Shown one piece after another: positions 51,301 to 64,000 of a stretch of 64,000 bases of DNA (the stretch's first letter is position 1; every line of letters starts with the position of its first letter). The notes under the pieces are model-generated. The model was not told where the DNA came from, made no database searches, and was given only the letters and a program-made list of their open reading frames with translations. A program made the translations under genes and the position numbers. This stretch comes from Lepidodermella squamata (Eukaryota; Animalia; Gastrotricha). The stretch spans positions 1,550,001 to 1,614,000 of the forward strand of contig JBLDXI010000002.1 in NCBI GenBank assembly GCA_047495785.1, read 5' to 3'.

Positions 51301-53234
51301 GGTTATAAAACCGCCACACTTGTTGACAGTAGCCGTTTGAAATTAGCGCGCGCGGCACAAATTATTTAAAAATTTAGACTCTGCGCGCGCTCACCCGAGT
51401 CGACTTTTACCCTCTGATTGCGCAACCGGCGCTGGACGAAACTCTGATTGGCGCCCGCGCGCGCTCACTCGCGTTAACTCGAAAAGCGGGTGCGCCCGAT
51501 CTGGCTCCCGAGCGGGCTAAGATAGCCAAATGCGTGAGTACTAGGAACACCACAGCGCCGCTGTGTGCGCCCGCGCGCGCTCGCTGCGCATCACTGCGTA
51601 ACACCACGAGAATCGGTGTGGCGCCTTAGGGCTATCTTGAAAAATTTGAAATATGAAATTTCCAATTTCTAGGCACCGAAGGTCTTTTCGTAAGGCAGCG
51701 AAGCTTTATGCCGCTATCAGCTAAAACGTCCGATGCGTGTTACCAGAGCAATGGGAGCACAACCTTGCACACCAACAGCAACGGCCACAACGGTGCCGCT
51801 GTGCTGGCAGTTCGCTTGAACGGCGACACGAACGCCAGCCACCCGCGGCGGCCGACCAGCATTGCCACGCGCCAGAATTCGGTGATGCCGAACTGGATCC
51901 GGGCTATGTACAGCGGCGAGTACAACTCAGCGTCGCGGCAGCGCGTTTCGAACACAGTTTCAAGCCCGCAAATGGAGCGCGTGGCTAAAAATTCGACTGC
52001 CGACGGGGGCAGCAACAGCGGGACGCCGGTGAGTGGTGCGGCGCACAATACGACAGGGGGTGGCGAGGCGTTTGTTGCGATTGACATGCCGACGGAGAAT
52101 GGCGATTTGTTGATGAAGTCGACGGATGGCCTGCTCGCGTCGTCTGGGTCGAAAAAGTCGCCGTATAAGCATGAGGCGGAGCGACGCAAGACGGAGGCTG
52201 AAAATGCTGAACGGCATAAAAAACGCTGGCTCATCTATGTCGTAAGCTTGAAAGCTTTTTACTTTTGAGAATAGGAAAAAATAGGAAAATTATATATAAA
52301 AGCTGAATTACCGAGAAAATTAGCAACAAACCACATGGAGATGCCTTTTACAGCGTGTCCCATAAATAACACTAGCAAAGAGACGAAGTCACATCCCAAA
52401 GCCAGAAAAATTTTAGAAAAATTCAAGAAATCCCAGCAATAATAATTATGCCACTTGTCAATAGGATTAAAAATTCCGCAGAAATTCGGTCCAACCGGAT
52501 AAAATTACCGAACCAGTTACGATCGGAATTTTCCGGGTTTTCTCCAGTAAATTTTCAATTTCTTCGGTTAAATCGCGAAGAGGGATGGGATATTCTCTCG
52601 GTAGGTTTAATTTTAAAAAATTGATTGAATTTCCTTTAAAAATTTGCTAAATTAAAAATAGTCGCGTAAATTTTGGGGCAAGCTGTATAAAATGGTAAAA
52701 TTTCACACTTTGGACAAACTCATGTTTTTCGAAGATTTGATTTAAAAAATTATCACATTTCAACCAGATGATTGCTGATTTTCCAGTAATTTTGAGAATT
52801 TCATATTTATTACACAGTACGAAATTTCCCGATTTTATGCGTGAACCTCAAACTCGGAATTTAATTGTCCTAAGTTTTCGAGCCGTTAGAGAGACAAGGG
52901 AACCGAAATTTATTCAAAATTTCAAACAAACTTCGGGAATAATTACTAGCCAGCTGACTTCATAAAAGTTTCGCTTAATTTTTTAAATGACTCGAAAGCT
53001 AAAATTTACTATAGCGCAAGAATATTTGAAAATGGGCCATGTAAAATTGTAATTTTTTCTTATAATTACTCTCACTTTTGATGTTTTTATTAGGTTGCTC
53101 TTGACAAATCAATCATGTACGCTGTAACCGTGTGGAATATTTTTGTACCCATCATCCTCTTCGTTTCCATTCCCCGCATTCAAACCTTCGATGCTGTGCC
53201 GCCGGGAGTCGAGCGAAAGACACTCGACATTTGA
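48314..53234 (+). CDS. Divergent nicotinic-like Cys-loop ligand-gated channel subunit (non-alpha)
   Basis: Signal peptide, W.PDI.L.N, Cys-loop CSLDITYFPMDYQQC, no vicinal Cys in loop C, M1-M3 exons in 49813-50410, long M3-M4 loop, M4 exon 53094-53234. Confidence 0.9.
50780..51625. mobile_element. Intronic PIF/Harbinger-type foldback MITE, 846 bp
   Basis: TIR GGCGCCACACCGATTCTCGTG...CACGAGAATCGGTGTGGCGCC with TTA on both flanks (50777-79, 51626-28). Imperfect inverted similarity continues almost to the centre near 51200. Confidence 0.92.
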
Positions 53235-53820
53235 GAACAATAATCTCGATTGATGTTTTGTCAAAATTAATTGACTTTTTCTTACGATGAACAAGAAACA
53301 ATGTGATGCCTTTATTGCAAATATCTGTAATATATTTTATCACGATGTGTAAATTTGGAATAATCGCAATACTACCTTTATGATTTTACGCAAACTAAAC
53401 GTTATACCTGTCAAGCTTGAAGTCAACTTTTGTTACTGTTTTCGATATATTTCTGTGTATACATTTGCTTTGTTATTTTTACTAATAAAAAGACGCGTGA
53501 CCCTTTTCATCAATTTTCGAAGAGAGTGCAAACTTTTCAAAGCAACACCCGCCGTCTATTCATTTGGGAAAGAAACACGCCGTTGAAGCTACACAGATTT
53601 ATTACGTATAGAAATTCAGTTCATAGGACGAGAATGTAAAACATAGAAAAAAACCGAAACATAAAATACCCACACTCACATGAAGAGAGGTGATAAAATT
53701 CTGTATTGAAAGAACACGGAATTAAGGCAAGGGGCAACGAAAATAAAATAAAATAAAAATGTCCATCACACTCGATTTTTTGAAAGCTGGTAATTTTTTC
53801 AGTTCATCTGTCAATTTGTT

Positions 53821-55764
53821 TTACTCGCCAGCAATTCCATTCGCTTGAACGTCCTCGCAAAATTTCAAATTCCAAATCTTAGCCGCGAAAGTTTCGTAAT
53901 CCTGGCCTAGAGCTGCCTTCAGCTTGTTCTCTACTTGATCAGAATTAGCCGCCAATTCGTTGGTTAAAAGCTGCCAAGCCTCGTGAAATTTCTTCAGGCC
54001 CAACCCACGTAAACAATCTCGATGTAGCTGCTCAATACGTTGAGCGAGACGCGTCCGACTCGCCAGTGTTGAATCGCCAACTGCGATCGTAAATTGCGGA
54101 TTTTGCCGCATTTGATCGGCGACCCCCTTGCGGACGGCCTGGATGTCGTCCTGCGTCGACTCATCAGCCATAGTCAACGTTTTTTGCAGCTCTCCGACCA
54201 ACTTTGCAAGCTTTTTCTGCTGCTTCTCAGCTTCAGTCGGCGGACGAGTGCTTTGACTCGGACTCGAACTATTAACCCTGCTACCTCCCGATCCTACTTC
54301 ATTTTTGAAGTCTAAACAGTGATTTTTTGATTGTTTTGAAAATTTACCTGCAGAGCCGACTCGTTTTTGCTCCTCAATTCTCTGCCTTCGCTTAGCCCTG
54401 GCCGCTTCATTATACGGTTTCTGGACAAATTAAATCGTAAAAAAAATATCGAAATATTTAATTAAAATTTACGTCATTGCTCAAAGCAGCCTGAGCTGCG
54501 GGGGTGACGGCAGATTTTTGAATGGCAGGAGGTTTGCTACCAGGTCTTCCGGGCTGAAAACAGGAGAATAAACGTAAATCTTTTGACTAAAATCAATCAT
54601 ACCGGAGTTGCAGGTGCAGGTTCTTCCATCGTTTCTTCTCGAAGTTTATTAACAAGCTGCTTATCTTCGTCCACTTCAGCCGTAGGGTCTGGCTTTTTCT
54701 GCCCCTTAACAGGCGTGGGGGGTGGTTGGGCAGACAAGTCACTCTGTCGAGCTTCTAAATACCGCACGATGTTGTTACGCACGTAGGGCAGCCGTAAAAC
54801 ATCGCGAACAGATGGGCGTTTATCGGCTTGTTGAGCCAGCAAACTCTTCACTAGATCTGTCAAATCTCGTGAATAAGTTTGCGGTAATGGAGGAATCTTT
54901 CCCCTGCAGATTTTTGAAGCAAGGGAATTTAGGTCGTGAGCTGAGAAGGCATGCCTGAGAGTTGCCATTTCGAATAGAACGCATCCCATCGCCCAGACAT
55001 CTGATTTGTGATTATACTGTTTAAATTAAAGAATTTCGAATATGAGAGTGCAATCGAAGAAGCGTCTTACAGGTTGATTTGAAAATAACTCAGGCGACAT
55101 ATAATAAGGAGTCCCGACTATTGTGGTTGCGGCATCAACGCCGTCTTCGAGCACTCTAAATTTGAGTAAATAATAGCGAAAATTAACTCTTATGCCAATG
55201 GGATCTTACCTTGCTATTCCTAAATCGCCAACCTTGATGATTTGAGCTTTGGTGAGAAAAATGTTCTGCGTCTTCAAATCACGATGCAAAATGTTTTGGC
55301 TGTGGAGGTATTGAATTGCCATAGCGATTTGAATGAACCAAGTCATGAGAAAATGCTCTTCGAAAAACTGGCCGGGGTTTGAATCTCGCTGCTGTTTGAT
55401 TTTATGGTACAGATCGCCCCCTTCGCAAAATGTCATCACAATGAATAGGCAACCATTATCGCTGAAGGAATCGACATAGGATACAATGTTAGGATGCTTC
55501 AACTTCTTCAGAAGCTCCGCTTCCTGCTGCGATGCTTTGATTGTTTTCTCGTTTGTCTTCGTGAGATTTATCCGTTTCATGACATACTAATATTTGAAAT
55601 TGAACAATATTAGCAAATAGCTCTAAAATTAGCCATCTTACCCGTTTATCTTTTTTATCTTTTGTTGACTTGCAGAGGAAAACCATGCCATAAGAACCTC
55701 CGCCAACATGCTCCAGCGCTTCATAACAGCTGACGGTCCAAGGAAATTTCTCTTCCTCGGCCAT
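53821..55764 (-). CDS. NIMA-related kinase (NEK4/NEK1-like), multi-exon
   Basis: GGGSYG, HRDLKTQNIFLT, GDLGIAR, GTPYYMSPELFSNQP, and a C-terminal helical domain (CLRGLGLKKFHEAW..IWNLKFCED). Confidence 0.88.
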
Positions 55765-56279
55765 TAATAAATGTCACTAGTAGTTTAATACAGCAATAAT
55801 ATTACAATCAAATTCGTTTAGTTCATATCAAGTGAGGTCAGCGATTGGTTCACCTAAAAAACCGATCATTGACGGGGAGTAAGAAATGATGTCGATCAAT
55901 TTGATTTTCGACCCATCAAGTAGCCAGAATCACTTTTTTACCGGCTCCCTTATTCACTTTCAGAAAAAAATCAAGCCGCATGCCACTTTTTCCTTGATTT
56001 ATCGTTAATAATTGCTCTCATGACGATCTGCTCTTATGAATCATTTAATAATTTCGTGCTCTTAACACTCAAGTCAAAGAACCGAAAGGAATACTATTTT
56101 GTCACTCAAGGAATACATCTCAATTTCATTATGTACTGACAGAAAGATGTCGCATAGAACTGCGTGGGGTTTCGGCCTACTCCTTCCATCGTATGTAGTA
56201 TCACTCCCCGTATGTTTTACTTCCCGCTTACTTATTTTGTTTAGCTAAATATATCAAGTATGCCTATCAATGTCGATTA

Positions 56280-58657
56280 ATTCGGTGGGATCCGCTTTTC
56301 AAGTGGCTGTGGAGGAGCAAGTATCACAAGGGAATCAAAGTCCGAACCAGGATTTTCCGCCGTAGTTTTAGAGGATGGGTCTGCAATGCGGTGTCAAACT
56401 TGATAAGACATTACTAACGCCCATCCAGAATGCATTTCGATTTACCGCCTGAACTGCACCTGCATCACTAACGACGCTGTCTGTCACATATAAAATAATT
56501 AAATATTATAAAAAATATATAAAAGTCATTGAAATTACAGTCTCGGCATTTTGTAATAAGTCAATAATGTTTTGGCGGGATGGTTTCGGGAAGTTGAGGG
56601 TCTACAATGTCGATGCGAGATTTCTTGGGGTGGCTTGACATCCGACATCCGCACTTTCACGCTTTGGTGGAGATAAACTCGTGGGTTCCGTTCCAACCAA
56701 TAGGCAAGCGTATGAAGCACCATCGCCGCATCCTGTGCAGCGGGAGAACCGTGCAACGCTCTGGCTATCACTGTTGTCAGCATTAACAGCGCTACCTTCT
56801 TCATGTTCATTGGCTTCGATGCGCTCATCACCTTCAGACTGCGTGTCAACATCCCTGATGTCGATGCGACTGGTTTGACCGCCAATTTTTGGGGGAGATT
56901 TTCACACAATTAAGGAAACGCGTCTTCCAGACGCGCTTTACGCCGAACTCGGACAGCCGAAGAGCCCTTGGCTGATTATCAGGCATTACAGGCTTCTTAC
57001 GTGTTACTAACCTTTCAGTGCATGACGGGATTGTTTCGGGAAGTTGATAGGCTACAGTGTCGTTGCGAGATTTCTTGGCGGTGGCATGACATCAGCATTT
57101 TCACGTTTTGGTGGATAAGTATAAGCTCGTGGGTTCCGTTCCAACCAACAGGCAAGCACAGTATGAAGCACCATCGCCGCATCCATGGTAGACATGTCTT
57201 CCTGGAAGCCGGATTGACTCTGTGTCAGGTGTCACATTCCAAATCTGACAGCCATTTCCGGAATCGCCGGTCAAAATATCTTGAATTACACTTCGGCGAT
57301 GCACGGCTGCAGGGATCAGGGATATCGGACGGTAGTTCGCTACCTCATTCGGATCGCCTTGTCTGTAAATCGGGGTGTTCAGTGCCGTTTTCCGTTCTGC
57401 CGGCTCCCTTCTAGTATCTTGGTGAAATTAACAGTAGCGGAGTGTAGAAGTTGGGGATGGCGAAATCGGAAGAATTTGTAATCGATGACCTCCAAAGGCG
57501 ATACGATGACAAATTAACTCAACACCGGTGCCATGGTATCTAAGTTATCTTATATTACATTGTAGCCGATGCCATCAATTCCAGCTGCCGAGATTTCGCT
57601 GATATAGCCATTATTAAAGTTTACGCATGTGGGTTTGTATTCAGAGTAAAAATGCACATTGCGTCCAGAGACCTCACATAGGTGAGATTGCTGAGAGTTT
57701 ATTCGGTCGGGTTATTCGGGAATTTTCGAAAGCACATTGCGGTGTCATCACTTCCAATTCACCGCCTATCCTGATTCTTCGTTCGATTGTCTTGCTATCT
57801 ATTTATTTTATTTATTTTATTTATGAGCATTAATATCCAAGGGATGTAGGACGGCTCAGCTGAAAAAGAAGCATGATTAGTACAATTAGATTCGACGTGA
57901 AGAGGTCATTATGTAGATATCAACAAAGAAAGTTAGGAAATTAGGAAAAAGACAATGACATGCATACCAGTATAAAAATATCGTATTTAGACTCAACAAG
58001 GAATTATAAATTAATCATCAGTAACGGTATTTACAATTTCACCGCTTGCCTCGATGACGTCACAACCTATGTTCATCGTTACAGAGATCGCTCAGCTATC
58101 CGAGAGGCTAGTTTCTCGTTAAATTTTAAGTTTAGCAATGTTTTCGAAGCGATCGAGAATTTACTGCTTCATTGCGTATAGCTGCTGAAAGAAAACTAGA
58201 GCTAAATGCAATGTCACGAATGCCTATGGTGTCATGACGACAGCCAATTACAAAGCAGTGATCACCAATAATGCACATGGACGCATGCAGATGATCTGAC
58301 GGAATAGCCTTTACAGAACAACTGAAAAGAGCGAAATCTCCTGTATCAGCTGGCGAAGCCCCAAGAAGACGAGCCAACTCTTCGCACACGTTACACGTTG
58401 CCACTGCCATCAACAAAACATACGAAAATCTAGCAGTTTGGAATTCTAACTCCACTGGCATCCGTTGGCTCGACAACATGACGACGTGATGAAACGAGGT
58501 TTCCAAGGAGTGCAGCAGAAGGCACAGCCTCTTGCTCACACATTCCCAGATCCATCCTTCACAGTTACGGTGGCAACGAATTTTTCGGTTCGGTCTTTGA
58601 TTCCCTTGGCATACTTCTCTATAGCCAAATCCGCTTGAAAAGCGGATTCCACCGAAA
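56280..58657. repeat. Decayed repeat region bounded by ~110-bp imperfect inverted repeats, with an internal ~165-bp direct duplication
   Basis: 56280-56390 matches the reverse complement of 58540-58657 (TTCGGTGG.ATCCGCTTTTCAAG, CAAGGGAATCAAAG.CCGAACC). 56576-56735 matches 57026-57185. Confidence 0.7.
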
Positions 58658-58830
58658 TGATTTGTTTTATGTGATCTTTACGATATTGACGCGTCACGCG
58701 TCGTTAGATTTAGATGTATTAGATGCAACCTGAACCTGAAAATAGTTACCTCAGGCTATAGGTTGACCTAACATCCTGCTTTAACGTTATTTCTTTGCTA
58801 TTCGTAGGTTTTGTTTTCGTTTATGTTTGA

Positions 58831-60136
58831 ATGGATTTCGACAGCAATGGTGTTAAACCACGAACTTCCTCAACTTCTACCACAAAAGGCTCAACTATGC
58901 TGTTTCGATCACGGTTGTCACCAACGCTAATCGACGTTTTGACTGATACCAATATTCGTGGGCAATTTGCTGCCTTTTTATCCAATCGGGAATCGGCTGC
59001 GTTGCTACGATATTGGCTAGAGGCCGACTCGCGTCTGAGATCGGCTTCCACTACTGCATCCACTAATGCTGCTGCAGCTCGCGAAGTTGCCGAAAACTGT
59101 GACCTATCGACTGTGTTGAACCAACCTGACTTCGAAAAAGGCCTTGCTCATTGCCAATTTGTTGTGGCGCAGGAGCTCCAAAACCGACATTTCCAGGACT
59201 ACCTTGCCAGTCCTTATTTTGCCAATTATCAGCTAGACTTGCTGCTCTCTTCGAATCTAGGCCAGGATAGGTTGATATTGGACGACATTGTCTTCTGTGA
59301 AATGAGCATGTTTCACTTTCGCGAATTCATCGAAGAACTGCCTCAACCGCAACAGTCTTCCCTACTAGTTATGCTTAATTTCTATCTAGCTGCTGCTTCA
59401 TTTTCCAAAGAATATACTACGGAAACAGCACTAAGCGATGCGCTGAATTTATACGAGAAATACTTATCGTTGAATGCAGTTAAGCCGCTCGGCGTGCCTG
59501 ACTCTGTTCGAAGACAGGTTGAGCTGAGCATTTCAGTCGAAGTCGGTCACCCTAGCCCGCAAACGTTTGATCCAGCCCTGGATAATGTCAGAAAAGTTCT
59601 GTCTGGCGAGGGCGTTTTGGGCCAGTTCTTCTCACGCGAAAATTTCAAAGAAATGGTCGATGAGTTACGAAGAAGAGCTGAAATGCCGCGGCTAAGCCAC
59701 CGGCGCAACAATAGCAATGACGACGATGGTAGCTCAGCCTACTCAGGATCGTCTCGCTCTTCGGCTGTTAAACGCTACTCATCCCTGCGGGTTGCGCGGA
59801 TAGATGAGATTACTGGTGCCTACATCAGCGAATTTAACAATCCGCAATTTTTCGAGGTGAATGACTCGGTTTCTCTGCCTGTATCTGCCAGTGACGCGAA
59901 CAACAGTAAAATTAAACGAATCTTCAGTTTGAGAGGCGCGAACAACAGTCGTGCTCAGATGCTTAAGCATCAGGTTAGGAGTTCTCAAAATAATCCTCCT
60001 TAAATTTTACGCAAATTCGTTTCAGGAACTTGAAGCTGAGCGAAAGGCAGCGGAAATTGTTGGCGAAATCAATGCAATTGTGGCGTCATCTTCGCCTCAG
60101 CCCACCCCGCGGTCGTCGCTAGCCATCGATCAATGA
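58831..60136 (+). CDS. AKAP10: AKAP10/D-AKAP2-like protein with tandem RGS domains
   Basis: Two RGS-like regions (ALNLYEKYLSLNAVKPLGVPDSVRRQVE), ARIDEITGAY, and a C-terminal amphipathic helix EAERKAAEIVGEI. Intron near 59974-60025. Confidence 0.78.
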
Positions 60137-61116
60137 GACGGGAAATCGTCATTATAATTTATTTTTATTGTTGGTGCTGCTTCGGGCGCGATTTTTTGTA
60201 TTTTATCGGAGACTCAATACTGTTAGAGACGAAAAAAACGCAAGATTTTACCCGTCGTTACGCAATCTATCGGCCGAGTGATATTAAAACTCACTAACTT
60301 CGAATTCTTGTAGCACTTATAGAAATCACGATTTGAAAAAACGCGAACAATTTTGTCAGAAAATCGTTTATGATTCCTTTGATGATTCATTCACTTTCTA
60401 TATAATACGAATTTTATATATATAACCGTCTTTCTGTTCTTGCCATATTCTATGATGAGAAGAACATGAAGTGTCAAGTGCAATCGCAAATCTTCTGTGT
60501 CAAGCTGCTGATGTGTGTTGTGAAATTATTGCCAAACGAACGAAAGAAAGAAAGAATATGACAAGTCATGCGCGCAATTTTTTGGTTGAAAAAAACACAG
60601 TATTAGTAATAATAATAATATTTCGGGTATATTGCGAATTTTTTAACAACAACGTAAGTAATGTACTAACAATCAATTCCTCGGGGAGAGAATGTTAACT
60701 CTATTTCGTTGCCGTGATTGAAGCCTTTTTATGCGCTGGAATCGTCCGAAATTTTGTCTGTTCTTATAATGAAAAAAGCTGGATTAATTGAATAAAGAAA
60801 TGTTTTATTTTTTAACCACAACTTTCTTTTGATTTGAATAAAAAAACGTGGTCACTGACTATCAATTTTACAGCGTGGGTTCAGATAATTTTTGCTCATG
60901 CAACGTGAATAGCCCTTGTAGCCTTGGTGACGTTCTACTGAAAAGGTGAAGAGGGACGTGTGACCTGAGCTATGATGTCATGCCGTTGCTTGGTTTCAAT
61001 CTTTTCACAAAACTAGGTGGTGGTCAAACAGACCCGAAAACGTTATTAACACGTTATATTTTTCCAGTTGGTAGCACATTTCAGTGACTAGAGAATTTTC
61101 TGGACCTCTCCCAACA

Positions 61117-63660
61117 ATGAGTGAGCCGAATTCGAGGCGAAAAAAGTCTACGAAGGTTCGAGAGGCCAAATCATCGACCAATGACACCGAAGCTTCCCAT
61201 CAAAGCCATGAAAAGAGAGTGAGTGTAGAATTTTTATAATTCAGTAACAAGAACTATGGAAAAATTTGGAAACAATTTAACCTCAAAAAATATTTTCAAA
61301 TTTATCGAAGTATAAATTCTAGGCCACCAAAATTTGAAAGTTTTGAAATTTTGATTTTGAAAATTTTTGAAAATTAAAAAATTCCAACTTCATTTTTGAA
61401 AGGTTGGCGCTCGTAATGAACTGCATTCAGCAGCTCAACGAGGGGCTTTAGATCGAGTTCGAAATCTACTTCGAGGCGGCTCCTCGAAAAGCAAAAGCGA
61501 AGAATCTGATTCGAAATCTGTACCCTTCGACGTCTCAGAACCGGACGGTGGCGAAGACGGCGATACGCCAATCCACCTGGCAGCGCGTTACGGCCACGTG
61601 GCAGTTGCTAAGGAGTTATGCGAGTGGGGTGCCAAGGTCAACTGGCGCAATGCGAGGGGCGATACGTCGCTGCATTTAGCCGCAGCTTACGGCAACACGG
61701 CTATGATTCGATTTTTGCTGCAGAGACGAGCGCGGTTGGAGGCTCGAGGGCATCTGGGACGAACTCCGTTAATTGTGGCTGCTGTAGCTGGACAGTTAGC
61801 GGCAGTCAAAGTTCTGCTCGAAAGTGGGGCAGATCTCGCAGGTAACAATTTCTAATCAAATTTGAAAGCTGAAAAAGTTCCAAAATTCGGTTCCAAAATT
61901 GTGAATAATTTTTCGAAAGGTTTATCTACAAATTTAGATTTTCACATCATTTTTATTTTTCTATTAAATTAAGTTTTATAATGTAAGAGCTTAAATCAGC
62001 TTCGAATTTTTAATTAGGTATCGGAATGTTTTATACGAATTTTATATTCCTTTCAGCTAAAGATGATCGGCAAGGCGATACGGCTCTTCATTCAGCAGCA
62101 TATTCCGGCGAACACGCTGTTCTTAAGTATTTACTCAACAATGGAGCTGAAATTAATGCGAAAAACCGAAGCAACGAAACCGCTTTACATGTTAGCTACA
62201 GCTTTCGCGGGAAATATATTCTAATTTTTTTTTCATTTTTCAAGAGAGCTGCCGCAAGTGGCCATGTAGCTATTGTTCAGCTTTTGATTGGTCGAAAAGT
62301 CGACCTAGAGGCGAGAAATAGCTACGGCTGGACGGCGTTACATACAGCTTGCGCAAGTGGGCAAATCGACGTCGTTAAATTACTTCTGAACAGGTGCGAA
62401 AAAAATTGATACGAAAATTTCAATTATCTAAATTAAATGTTTGTTTTTAGCCGTGCGATGATCGAATCACGTGATTCCCGTGGCGATACGCCGCTCCACA
62501 TGTGTGCGTGGTTCGGTCGGGTCGATGTCGCTCGCCTGTTGATCTCCAAACGCGCTCAAATCAACGCTCAAAATTCGAAAGGCCAAACTGCGCTTCACAA
62601 TGCGGCGTGGTCGGGTGGACCCGAGATGATTTCAACACTGCTCGAGGCAGGCGCTGATATTTACGCGAAAGACAGACATGGCTCAACTCCTATCCACCTC
62701 GCTGCAGCAAATGGCCAAGTAATGAAAAAATATATTATTAAAAATGATCGAAAAATGTGAATATGCTAATTCGATTTTCTAGGTTGACTCATTCAAAGTT
62801 TTAATGCAAAATGGCGGCCGGCTAGATTTGAGAGGCGAATGGGGTCGCACTCCGTTGCACATGGTTGCGCTCGGGTCAGGCGACCCGGCTATGGCCCGGT
62901 TCATGGTCGATCGTAAAGCGAACATCGAAGCAAAAGACGACCGCAATAGCGATACCGTTCTTCACCTAGCCGGCGAATTCGGAAAATCAGCTCTCGTGCA
63001 AATGCTTCTAGGTAAGGATGCTTTTAATTTGAAATTCGGCTTTTAAAAATATTTAAAATTCAATATTATTTGTAATTTGTAGGACGAGGTGCCAAGATCG
63101 ATGCAACGAACCGTGACGGCGATACGCCCCTCCACCGAGCCGCCTTAACAAACCAAGCCGATGTCGCCGGTCTGCTGCTCGACCGCGGCGCTGTAGCCGA
63201 GGCGAAACGGCGATTCGACGGCAGAACGGCGCTTCACGTCGCGTTGGCTAACTACAACCTCGAAGCAGCTCGAGCCATCTACGAGCATCACAGAAATGTC
63301 GCCACTATGAGCGACGATAATGGCGATACGTGCCTACACCTGATTTGCAGCGTGCCCGAATCACCTGAACAGCGCGAATTAGCTCAGACAATGCTGTCGG
63401 ACAACGCCTCTGATGCCTTTGTAAACGCGAAAAATCTACGAGGCGAGACTGCGTTGCATTTGGTCTGCCAAAAATGTTCGAGTACGGTGTTGTTGGAGCT
63501 GTTGCTTGAGAAGGGCGCATCGACAACTGCGATGACCGAAGCTGGGCTGACGGCGATTGAAATCGCCGATGCGGCGGCGAAAGACGAATTTGTGACAATT
63601 TTACTCGGCCATAGAGGCAGAACCCCCTTGGTTAATAGTTCGCATAGCCATAGAAGATAA
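61117..63660 (+). CDS. Ankyrin-repeat-only protein, roughly 15-16 repeats, about 7 exons
   Basis: Serial GDTPLH/G.TALH motifs joined across GT-AG introns. ATG at 61117, AATAAA near 63716. Confidence 0.88.
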
Positions 63661-64000
63661 CACTTCCCTTTTTTGCTTGCTATCATTTTATATTACTTCA
63701 TTACATTATTTTTTGAATAAAACAGATGAAATTAATTGAAGTGATTTTGTCAAGAATCCCAAGATGAGATCGAATAGTACATATCGAACTATTCGAGCTA
63801 TCGCATACATTGCCTCGCGAAAGGTGAAACGTTGGCTTGTAACTTCGATCTTCCAAAATCAGTCAGTAAACAATAAAAGGAAATGAAATAAACCGAAAAT
63901 ATTTACAATTCAGTATCACATCTCTCACTTGAGGGGAAAAATGTAAACAAATCATGCTCTCTCACGCCCGTCAAACCTTTACAAGGGCAAATTTCAGGTA

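Noticed and set aside
50680-51607. Mirror-image ORFs (MLLRSGPQRAR.. and MVLRSDAQRAR..)
   Set aside because: They arise from the GC-rich MITE inverted arms and show no transposase motifs.
1-64000. Antisense or overlapping short ORFs, non-standard genetic code, non-canonical introns
   Set aside because: The introns examined were all GT-AG and the genes translate in the standard code; remaining ORFs are shadows of real exons or chance frames.

Overview
Eukaryotic DNA from a gene-dense invertebrate animal genome: standard code, mostly 46-70 nt GT-AG introns, ciliary and neural genes. The taxon cannot be determined from this window. About 17 genes can be reconstructed by joining the ORF fragments: TTC6-like TPR gene (runs off the left edge), a small death-fold/CARD-like gene, CK2 alpha, enoyl-CoA hydratase, two tandem CD36/SCARB paralogs, an atypical Kunitz peptide, OCIAD, two MPPE1/PGAP5 paralogs, SEL1L3-like, LRRC47, UGGT, an ATP8A-type P4 flippase, a divergent nAChR-like Cys-loop subunit, a NEK kinase, AKAP10-like and an ankyrin-only gene, plus one orphan ORF. 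Mobile DNA: two PIF/Harbinger-type MITEs with TWA target duplications, a decayed hAT transposase and a decayed 2.4 kb region bounded by inverted repeats. Most interesting: (1) a co-oriented 5-gene array with spacers as short as about 100-160 bp and a splice acceptor just before each ATG, consistent with a trans-spliced operon; (2) an nAChR-like subunit with an anion-type Pro-Gly-Arg M1-M2 linker and an 846-bp foldback MITE in one intron; (3) a candidate tandem death-fold adaptor; (4) a 9-nt microexon; (5) CD36 paralogs whose ectodomain divergence is concentrated in one block. All exon structures are manual predictions and all family calls are from recognition, not database searches.
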